Source: a virus
Taxonomy: Duplodnaviria; Caudoviricetes
DNA: 54,383 nucleotides
Strand: one strand, 5' to 3'
IMG/VR virus record: IMGVR_UViG_3300032282_004873
Location: 1 to 54,383 of that record
Positions 47,273 to 54,383 of this stretch are shown in pieces (within the stretch, counting starts at the first letter, position 1; every line of letters starts with the position of its first letter). Position numbers and translations under genes: made by a program. The notes below the pieces were generated by a model. The model had not been told where the DNA came from. It did no database searches and saw only the letters and a program-made list of their open reading frames with translations.

Positions 47273-48274
47273 ATGTATACCCGAGGTCAAGCAATAGATT
47301 TCATTACCAAAATCTTTGGTGAAGGATCTCTGTCAAACCAAGGTGCCAATATATCTGTTGTTTGTCCTGTCTGCATTAGTAAGAACGGGTCTTTTTACAA
47401 CAAGCGCAAACTGGCTATCCGAACTGATAACTTCGCAAATCATTGCTGGGTTTGCAATTATAAGTCTCGTAATCTTGCAGACTTAATCAAAAGATATCAC
47501 CCAGGTTATTTCACAGAATACCTGACAAGGTTTGTAGGAACTCAGCAATTAAAATTTACCACCAATAATAACAACAAGGTTGCAGAAGCTGAGTTCAAGC
47601 TTCCTAATGGATTTCAGCTATTGGCATTACCCAATAAAGATCCAAATATGGAAATAGCATATCGTTCTGCAATTAGCTATATTGCAAAGAGATTTGGATT
47701 AGAAACAAAAGACCTTGATCCTTCTCATCTTTGGTATTGGAAGTTTGGAATTGTTTTAGAGGATAGAGCTTTTGTTAATCGTGTTATTATGCCATCATTT
47801 ACTATTGATGGTGAATTAAACTATTTTACCGGCAGAGCATTTGTAGACGTTAATCCAAAATATCTTAATCCCCATGTTCAAAGAGAAGATGTTATCTTTA
47901 ATGAGATTAACATTAACTGGAAAGAACCCCTGACAATAGTTGAGGGTCCATTTGATCTTATTAAATGTAATCAAAATGCTACGTGTTTATTGGGGTCGGA
48001 TCTAACAACAGAATATAAGTTATTTTTGATGTTGGTAAAACATAAAACTCCGGTAATATTGGCATTAGATCCGGATGCAAAAGATAAAGCATTAAAGGTA
48101 GCGGAACTATTAAGTGAGTTTGATGTTCCAGTATCTTTACTTGATATTCCTGCGCCTTATAAGGACGTAGGAGAGTTAACACAAACACAGTTTAACTCCT
48201 TATTGGAAACTGTTACACCATTTAGTAAGGACTATTTGCTTAGAGCAAAGATATCAAGAATACTAAAGGTGTAA
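47273..48274 (+). CDS. DNA primase (Zn ribbon + TOPRIM)
   Basis: CPVC...HCWVC, RVIMPS...G.LNYF.GR, KYLNP, VEGPFD, ALDPDA, KD.GE. Confidence 0.88.
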   Translation: MYTRGQAIDFITKIFGEGSLSNQGANISVVCPVCISKNGSFYNKRKLAIRTDNFANHCWVCNYKSRNLADLIKRYHPGYFTEYLTRFVGTQQLKFTTNNNNKVAEAEFKLPNGFQLLALPNKDPNMEIAYRSAISYIAKRFGLETKDLDPSHLWYWKFGIVLEDRAFVNRVIMPSFTIDGELNYFTGRAFVDVNPKYLNPHVQREDVIFNEININWKEPLTIVEGPFDLIKCNQNATCLLGSDLTTEYKLFLMLVKHKTPVILALDPDAKDKALKVAELLSEFDVPVSLLDIPAPYKDVGELTQTQFNSLLETVTPFSKDYLLRAKISRILKV

Positions 48275-48278
48275 GAGA

Positions 48279-51200
48279 ATGACAAAAATAGTTCAGATTT
48301 CGGATATCCATTGGCGTGGTATTGCTCGTCATGACGAATATACAGAAAGCTTTGAAAGACTTTTTGATACTCTCCGGCGTAGGATTAAGCCTGACCTTAT
48401 CATTAATACTGGAGATACATTCCATACGAAGACCCAAGGGATTACGCCCGAGGTTATTGAGAAGCTATCATGGATGCTTAGAGGGCTTGCTGATATAGCT
48501 CCAACCATTACAATGCTTGGTAATCACGATGGTAATCTAACCAATAGTGATCGTCAGGATATTATATCTCCTATCCATGAGGCAATCAATCATTCAGATG
48601 CTTATCTTCATAAGAAGTCTGGAACATATTCCCTTCCAAGAGAAGTAAAGGGTGGCAATCGTTTTGCTCTTCACGTATTCTCGCCATTTGATGAAGATGG
48701 TTGGAAGGCGATTAAACCAATCCAGGGCAAGATTAATATTGCTCTATTTCACGGTTGCGTATCTGGTTCAAAGACAGATATGGAGTTCCGTCTTATTGAC
48801 GGCGAAAGAGACGTTGCATTCTTTACAGGCATGGATTTCGTCATGCTTGGAGATATCCATAAGCAACAGTTCCTTGCTTATCGTCTTGATAAGAAGGGTG
48901 CTACTAAGCCATGGGTTGCATATCCCGGTTCATTTATTCAGCAGAACTTTGGAGAAGCGGAAACCAAGGGTTTCCTTGTTTGGGATATAAAGAGCGAGAA
49001 GGAATGGGACGTTGAGTTCCATGAGCATGAGAATAGAGCGCCATATGTTTCAGTAGAGTGGGCTGGAACGGTTAATAGCACTCTACGTCATATAGAAAAG
49101 ACCCGTAAGGAACGTGCATATATTCCTGGCACTCGTTTCCGCATTGTAAGCAATCAGCCTATTCAGCAGGTTGAAGCCCGGCAACTACTAAATGAACTTA
49201 AGGAGCATAAGGGTGCTTCTGAGGTTGTATTCAAGTATGACCTTATCAATCGGATGGAAACGATTGAAACGGATGGGCATCAGGTTCTTAAGACAAATCT
49301 ACGCAATGATCCCGAGGCGCTGGTAAGGCTCTATAAGGAGTTTGTAGAGGCGCACAAGGAAAGCTACGTCCTAAATGAAGAACAGCTTGGAGAGGCTTCT
49401 AACGTCGTTCGTGGCTATCTTACAAGGCTCAACATAGAAGACGTTGATAATGCAGTTCGTAATGCTTCATGGAGCCTTAAGAAACTTAAGTTTGATAATA
49501 TCTTCCGTTATGGTGAAGGTAATGAAGTTAACTTTGATGGCTTGGAAGGTGTTGTTGGTATCTTTGGTCCCAATAAGATCGGTAAGAGCTCTATCATTGC
49601 AGCTATCATGTATGCCCTATTCAATACAACAGATAGAGGTCCGCTAAAGGGCGCTCATATCATCAATAAAAATAAGAAGCATTGTTCTGCTGAATTGACA
49701 TTCTCTATTGCTGGAGAAGAATACCTTGTTAAGAGAGAGACTATCCGGAACTCTCCGAAGAAGGCTGCAAAGAAGGATGATGATAAGACCGTTACCAGCC
49801 TTAATCTATATAAGATTGAGAGCGATGGAACTCTTACAGAAAAGAATTCCATTTCAAGGGATGAAACCGATAGAGAGATCCGTAAGCTTGTTGGTCAGCC
49901 CCAAGATTTCCTTCTAACTGCTCTATCAAATCAGGGTGGCATTAACAAGTTTATTGAAGAAGGCGCCACACAGAGAAAGGCAATTCTTTCCCGTTTCCTT
50001 GATCTTGAACTTTTTGATAAGCTCAATGTTTATGCCAAGGATGATTTCTCAGCCCTTAATGAGAAGACCAAGAAATATATTGGATTTGATTGGGCATCTG
50101 CTCTTAAGCGTGGGCATCAAGAGGTAGAAGAGATTGAAAAGAAGATTGCCGATATTCAAACAAGTCAGCGTTCAAATCTTCATGAAAGAGATGAACTACG
50201 TCTCTGGATAATGCAACATCAGAATGTTATGCAGACTGTATCTTCAACTCGGTTTAATGAGCTGAAGAACGACATTGAATCAAAAGAAAAAACTCTCGCA
50301 TATCTTCTACGTCAAGAAGAAGAATATGAGATTAACGTTAATAACATTAGAAATGAGTTGGACAAGGTTCGTTCAGCACGTTCAAAGTATGATGTTAAGT
50401 TGTTACATGAAAAGCTTGAAAAGCTTGATCGTGTAAAGGGTGAAATATCTACTATTAAGCAATCCTTTGTTAAGGAAACAGAAACTCTAGAGCAACAAAA
50501 GAAGTCTATTAAGCGTCTTGAGACAGTTCCATGTGGAGATAGCTTTCCAACCTGTCGCTTCATAAAGGATAGCCATGCCGATAAGAAGCTAATGCGAGGA
50601 CAGGAAGAACGAGTAAATCAACTTCAAGATAGCATTAATGAGCTTAATGTTGTAGCCGAGCTTCTTATTGAAGATAAGATTGCTGAAACCTTAAAGATGG
50701 ATGAACAGGCGTCCAGGGTTCAGTTTGAATTAGAAACAAAACTCAATAAGACAATCTCAGATAAGAATGTCCGAGAAAAGGATATTTCCATAATCAAGTC
50801 TCAACTTGAAAAGAATGAAGTTGAATACAAGAAGCTTAAGGAGTTGCTAGCATCTTCTGAGAGAAAAGAGTATGAGAATAAGAAGTTAATGCTTGATGTT
50901 GTTGTTGAGCATTTAGAAGCCCGAGACAGAGAAATGAGAGATTTGTTTGTTTCTCTTGGTGGAAAGAACGAAAAACTCAAGCAACTAACAAAAGATCGTA
51001 TTGAGTGTAAATCTGACTTGGAAAAGCTTAAGATATATGAGACAGTTCAACAAGCATTTTCAAAAAATGGCATTCCTGCGATGGTGCTAAAAACCCAACT
51101 ACCAGCGATTAATATGGAGTTGGCTAAAATATTGGACAATGTAGTTGATTTTAAGGTAAGTTTGGAAACCGATATATCTTCTAATGTAATGGACGTATAC

Positions 51201-51509
51201 ATAGAAGATGGGCACTCAAGACGGATTATTGAGCTTGCCTCTGGAATGGAAAAGATGATATGTTCTCTTGCTTTGCGGGTTGCGCTTATTAATCTATCCA
51301 GCCTCTCACGTCCCGATATCTTTATAATAGATGAAGGTTTTGGAACGTTAGATCAGGAAAGCATGATTAAATGCATGGATTTGCTAACTATGTTTAAATC
51401 ATATTTCCGAACCATTATGGTAATAACTCACGTAGATCCAATCAAAGAAGTAGCAGATAAGATTATAGACATTTACAATGATGGGTTAGAATCAAAAGTA
51501 GAAGCATGA
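48279..51509 (+). CDS. fused Mre11/SbcD nuclease - Rad50/SbcC ATPase (T4 gp47-gp46 fusion)
   Basis: N-terminal ISDIH, TGD.FH, GNHD, FHG, LGDIH, YPGS; then Walker A GPNKIGKS, coiled coil, ASGME signature, IDEGFGTLD, ITH in one frame. Confidence 0.9.
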   Translation: MTKIVQISDIHWRGIARHDEYTESFERLFDTLRRRIKPDLIINTGDTFHTKTQGITPEVIEKLSWMLRGLADIAPTITMLGNHDGNLTNSDRQDIISPIHEAINHSDAYLHKKSGTYSLPREVKGGNRFALHVFSPFDEDGWKAIKPIQGKINIALFHGCVSGSKTDMEFRLIDGERDVAFFTGMDFVMLGDIHKQQFLAYRLDKKGATKPWVAYPGSFIQQNFGEAETKGFLVWDIKSEKEWDVEFHEHENRAPYVSVEWAGTVNSTLRHIEKTRKERAYIPGTRFRIVSNQPIQQVEARQLLNELKEHKGASEVVFKYDLINRMETIETDGHQVLKTNLRNDPEALVRLYKEFVEAHKESYVLNEEQLGEASNVVRGYLTRLNIEDVDNAVRNASWSLKKLKFDNIFRYGEGNEVNFDGLEGVVGIFGPNKIGKSSIIAAIMYALFNTTDRGPLKGAHIINKNKKHCSAELTFSIAGEEYLVKRETIRNSPKKAAKKDDDKTVTSLNLYKIESDGTLTEKNSISRDETDREIRKLVGQPQDFLLTALSNQGGINKFIEEGATQRKAILSRFLDLELFDKLNVYAKDDFSALNEKTKKYIGFDWASALKRGHQEVEEIEKKIADIQTSQRSNLHERDELRLWIMQHQNVMQTVSSTRFNELKNDIESKEKTLAYLLRQEEEYEINVNNIRNELDKVRSARSKYDVKLLHEKLEKLDRVKGEISTIKQSFVKETETLEQQKKSIKRLETVPCGDSFPTCRFIKDSHADKKLMRGQEERVNQLQDSINELNVVAELLIEDKIAETLKMDEQASRVQFELETKLNKTISDKNVREKDISIIKSQLEKNEVEYKKLKELLASSERKEYENKKLMLDVVVEHLEARDREMRDLFVSLGGKNEKLKQLTKDRIECKSDLEKLKIYETVQQAFSKNGIPAMVLKTQLPAINMELAKILDNVVDFKVSLETDISSNVMDVYIEDGHSRRIIELASGMEKMICSLALRVALINLSSLSRPDIFIIDEGFGTLDQESMIKCMDLLTMFKSYFRTIMVITHVDPIKEVADKIIDIYNDGLESKVEA

Positions 51510-52132
51510 TTACAGCAAATAACACAAAGAAGACTCAAACAAGAATTCCTCGTAGCCGAGGACGAAGTGTAACAATCCCCCCTCCACCGGTTGATGAAGA
51601 GTTGGAGGAGACTGTTTCAACTGAACCGCCACCTCCACCTCCTCCAACAGACTTGGAGAAGCTTAAGAGAAAGACTTCAAAAAAGGAAGAAGAAGAACAG
51701 GAAGAAGCTCCTGAAGAACAGGCAGAAGAAACTGTAATATATTCTGACCGTTTCGTCCTTCAATCAGAAGGAATAGAAGCCTTCCGGATTAAGAACGTAG
51801 AACTTCCAAAGATTATTTTTGCTCAACACAAGAATAGTCAGTCTATTAAGGAGAAGAGCACGATTATGGTATATTTTTATACCATGCCCCATGAAAAGGG
51901 TGACACTCTTTACCCATGGAGAAAGTTGTTTGAAGCCGCCAAAAAGAATGCAATCAAGTTCTCTATCAAGTGGCTTGATGAAAAGGGTAAAGTAGAATCG
52001 GAATGGACATTTGGTGGTGCTCGCATTCAAGGTGTGGATCTCGGAAGCGCAGCATATGAGAAGCCAGAGCCAAGTGAAGGCGCAGTAGAGTTTTCATATC
52101 AAACAATCAATATTGACGGAATTGAATTCTGA
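51506..52132 (+). CDS. tail-tube (gp19)-like domain with Pro/Glu-rich disordered N-terminus
   Basis: RF.L..EGI.AF.IK.VELP.I...W...IKWLD..G.V..EW.F.GA.I..VD.G...Y......VEFSY resembles gp19-family tubes. Confidence 0.55.
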   Translation: MITANNTKKTQTRIPRSRGRSVTIPPPPVDEELEETVSTEPPPPPPPTDLEKLKRKTSKKEEEEQEEAPEEQAEETVIYSDRFVLQSEGIEAFRIKNVELPKIIFAQHKNSQSIKEKSTIMVYFYTMPHEKGDTLYPWRKLFEAAKKNAIKFSIKWLDEKGKVESEWTFGGARIQGVDLGSAAYEKPEPSEGAVEFSYQTINIDGIEF

Positions 52133-52168
52133 ACCTATAAACAATAACCTCTCACAAAAAATAGTAAA

Positions 52169-52495
52169 ATGAACAAGAACAGTAACTTTAAGAAGAATCG
52201 TAACAACAGCCAAAACCGCAACAACAACGCTCGTCGTGTTAGCCCAACAGATCGTGCTCTTGAGCTTCTTGGTGTATATCAGGATACTCTATGTATGGGT
52301 TTTAGCGAGGAAACTTGGACACAGGCGACTCGTATTCTAAACGAGATTAGTATGCACGTTGATCTAGATACGCATCGTGAGTTGGGCACTCTAATGACCG
52401 AAGCGTATACGGATGGAAACATTCAGAATACCATTCTTGGTTGTGAACGTGTAGCGTTGAACCTTCAGAAAACACAAACAAGAACAAATCGCTGA
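52169..52495 (+). CDS. hypothetical protein with Asn/Arg-rich N-terminus
   Basis: 108-aa ORF; MNKNSNFKKNRNNSQNRNNNARR followed by a helical domain. Confidence 0.7.
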   Translation: MNKNSNFKKNRNNSQNRNNNARRVSPTDRALELLGVYQDTLCMGFSEETWTQATRILNEISMHVDLDTHRELGTLMTEAYTDGNIQNTILGCERVALNLQKTQTRTNR

Positions 52496-52518
52496 TTAAT
52501 AAAAACAGGTTAGAATTC

Positions 52519-52551
52519 AAGACCCAAGGGATATAATGTCTCTTGGGTTTT
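52519..52551 (+). terminator. probable intrinsic terminator with TATAAT in the loop
   Basis: ACCCAAGGGA-tataatg-TCTCTTGGGT stem (one G-U pair) ending in TTTT. Confidence 0.55.
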
Positions 52552-52557
52552 CCGCTT

Positions 52558-52890
52558 ATGAAACAAAGAAGAAAAACTGGTCAAGACAAGTTAGTCAAAG
52601 ATAAATGTGAGATATGTGGCTTTGATAGAAGTGCTGCATTAAATCTCCATCATATCATTCCTCAATGTGATCCAAGATGCACAAATGACAATCATAATCT
52701 AGCTGTGGTATGTCATTCCTGTCATGATCTTGTTCACGCTGGGGAAATAACGATTATAGGCGTATATAAGAGCACGGCTGGAAGAAAGCTAATGTGGTTT
52801 AAAGAGGGACAAGAGCCGCCCTTGCCAAAAGAGCTTTGGATAGTTAAAGAAAATCCTATGGTTGTAATGAGGGGAAACAAAAGGGGATAA
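52558..52890 (+). CDS. HNH endonuclease
   Basis: CEICG...LHHIIP......N...NL..VC.SCH..VH; start ATG 52558 (or TTG 52543). Confidence 0.85.
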   Translation: MKQRRKTGQDKLVKDKCEICGFDRSAALNLHHIIPQCDPRCTNDNHNLAVVCHSCHDLVHAGEITIIGVYKSTAGRKLMWFKEGQEPPLPKELWIVKENPMVVMRGNKRG

Positions 52891-52909
52891 GCTTATCATA
52901 ATATCTTCT

Positions 52910-53203
52910 ATGGAAAAGAAGATAGAAAGTTTACATGACGGTAAAGTTGTAGTTGTTAAACCAATTGATACAAGCAATATCGTTCCTTTGTTTTGCAAGC
53001 TTTGTTGTTATCCCATGAAAACAATAGAAGATAGCATATCTTATCGTAAGGTAGGAGTTTGTTCTCATTGTGATGGTAGATGGACAAATGACCGGCGTAT
53101 AGATTGGAATGCAGATAAGCTTCCCAGCCTGGATTGGGATGAGTGGGCTGAATATATAGAAATAAGAAGAATAAGTGCTCGTTCACCAATCAGTTTCCGC
53201 TGA
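52910..53203 (+). CDS. small Zn-finger protein
   Basis: CKLC...CSHC pairs, Trp-rich C-terminus. Confidence 0.65.
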   Translation: MEKKIESLHDGKVVVVKPIDTSNIVPLFCKLCCYPMKTIEDSISYRKVGVCSHCDGRWTNDRRIDWNADKLPSLDWDEWAEYIEIRRISARSPISFR

Positions 53204-53210
53204 AAGGTCT

Positions 53211-53217
53211 ATAATTA
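53211..53217 (+). promoter_or_regulatory. candidate late promoter variant ATAATTA
   Basis: In the gap upstream of the two-gene unit ending in terL; followed by GAGG and ATG 53235. Confidence 0.35.
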
Positions 53218-53234
53218 GAAAAAGAGGCAAAAAT

Positions 53235-53645
53235 ATGCTTGTTAAAGACTATCAAAAATTTATCAATCTCTCAAAGCTCCTAAATACCAGCTTTGGTTCA
53301 GATACCAGCAACTATAATCGTGTTTATCAAACTCAATCAGTTAAGTTTGATTTGTTAGATGATGGTGCCCTTAAAATCCGTTATCTTTGTATTGTGAACT
53401 TTGGTTCCGATACAATGATGCGTGAACTTATGCGCCGTTATAGAGATGAAGCAACAAGCTTTATTGAAGCCGCACTCAAACAAGTTAAAGAACAATACGC
53501 CGAAAAATATCCAGGTCAACCAGTTCCAAACTTTACTCTTCAAGAAGAAAGCTGCAACGAAGATATAGAATATATTTCATATTACAACTATACTGGTAAT
53601 CGTAAGGCATATTATCGTTTTGGATGCCTTGTAGAAGTTGACTGA
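53235..53645 (+). CDS. hypothetical protein coupled to terL
   Basis: ATG 53235 after GAGG; TGA overlaps the terL ATG (TGATG). Confidence 0.7.
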   Translation: MLVKDYQKFINLSKLLNTSFGSDTSNYNRVYQTQSVKFDLLDDGALKIRYLCIVNFGSDTMMRELMRRYRDEATSFIEAALKQVKEQYAEKYPGQPVPNFTLQEESCNEDIEYISYYNYTGNRKAYYRFGCLVEVD

Positions 53646-54383
53646 TGCCCGCTAAAAAGAATTTAACGTTAGGAACAGTTCCAAATCGTGCAGCGCAAAT
53701 GAAAGAAATCATGCGCTGTGGCACAGATGCATCTTATTTCATTTCTAAATACGTTAAAATCTCCCATCCGGTTAAAGGTCCAATCCCGTTTGAAACCTTT
53801 CCATATCAAGATAACTGCCTAAAAGCTTTCCAAAAACACCGTTTCGTCATAACAAACAAAAGCCGTCAGTTAGGTCTTTCTACCTTATCTGCGGCTTATT
53901 CTCTTTGGATGGCTTTATTCCAGCGTGAAAAGAATATTCTTGTCATCGCTACTCGTCTTGAAGTTGCAAAGAACTTCATTAAGAAGGTTAACGGAATGTA
54001 TGACAACTTGCCAAAGTGGCTTGTCATGCCTCAAATTAAAGCACGTTCTGTTAGATACCTTGAGTTCTCTAATGGTTCAAAGGTTCAAGCTGTTCCTACT
54101 GGCACCGATGCTGGTCGTTCAGAAGCTTTGTCTTTGTTAATCATTGACGAAGCTGCCCACGTTGATGGTATTGATGAATTATGGCTTGGTTTGTGGCCTA
54201 CTCTATCTACCGGTGGTAATGCTATTCTAATTTCTTCTCCTTCTGGTGTAGGAACCTTGTTCCACAAGATTTGGGTTGGTGCTAAAGAAGGTGAAGATGG
54301 AGAAGGTAATCCAAACCCTGGTAAGGGACAAAATAACTTCTATCGCATAGAACTTCCATGGACAGTTCATCCAGAGAGAGATC
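53645..54383 (+). CDS. terL: terminase large subunit, T4 gp17-like (5' part; runs off the window, absent from ORF track)
   Basis: Hand translation: MPAKKNLTLG...YF...YVKI.HP..G..PF..FPYQ...NKSRQLGLST...FSNGS...AGRSEALSLLIIDEAAH...PTLSTGG...ISSP.GVG..FH..W...LPW.VHPERD. Confidence 0.93.
   Translation, partial: MPAKKNLTLGTVPNRAAQMKEIMRCGTDASYFISKYVKISHPVKGPIPFETFPYQDNCLKAFQKHRFVITNKSRQLGLSTLSAAYSLWMALFQREKNILVIATRLEVAKNFIKKVNGMYDNLPKWLVMPQIKARSVRYLEFSNGSKVQAVPTGTDAGRSEALSLLIIDEAAHVDGIDELWLGLWPTLSTGGNAILISSPSGVGTLFHKIWVGAKEGEDGEGNPNPGKGQNNFYRIELPWTVHPERD

Noticed and set aside
163-54267. Minus-strand and nested alternative-frame ORFs in the track (60-142 aa)
   Set aside because: They lie almost entirely within well-supported + strand genes, show no recognisable motifs, and look like shadow ORFs.
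1-54383. Stop-codon reassignment (alternative genetic code)
   Set aside because: Coding density is near complete under the standard code, and TAA, TGA and TAG all end genes directly before the next start.
1-54383. tRNA, rRNA, intron, intein or reverse-transcriptase elements
   Set aside because: Intergenic gaps are all short and show no cloverleaf. I saw no intein or RT motifs, and no interruptions in primase, Mre11-Rad50 or the visible part of terL. A covariance-model scan would be needed to exclude small RNAs.

Overview
This is a 54 kb, AT-rich, gene-dense segment of a large (jumbo-type) tailed phage with T4-like myovirus genes. All credible genes are on the + strand and use the standard genetic code. 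Gene order: (1) a GMP reductase/IMPDH-family enzyme and a Cas4/RecB-like nuclease; (2) a ~12.7 kb glycan cluster with 7 glycosyltransferases (3 GT2-like, 1 GT10-like, 1 GT11, 2 GT4), 3 methyltransferases, an NDP-sugar epimerase, and Gmd + ColD-like + Fcl/ColC, an apparent GDP-L-colitose/fucose pathway; (3) a gp55-like sigma factor and a ligase-fold protein with a likely capsid propeptide; (4) a ~27 kb baseplate/tail block (gp5-, gp25-, gp6-like, LamG and Ig/FN3-like proteins); (5) a gp4-like nuclease, RuvC-like resolvase, DNA amino-methyltransferase, primase, fused Mre11-Rad50 (gp47-gp46), a tail-tube paralogue, an HNH nuclease and the 5' part of the terminase large subunit, which the ORF track misses. 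The main hypothesis is a phage-encoded virion glycosylation system: the cluster would make a rare, possibly O-methylated deoxyhexose glycan, and a subset of the neighbouring virion proteins is strongly enriched in a sequon-like [S/T]-[G/A/S]-[S/T] motif. A candidate late promoter (ATAT[T/C]TA, 6-9 nt before ATG) and several hairpins over translation-start regions are also visible. All calls come from motif recognition by eye, no searches were run, and all counts are hand counts.
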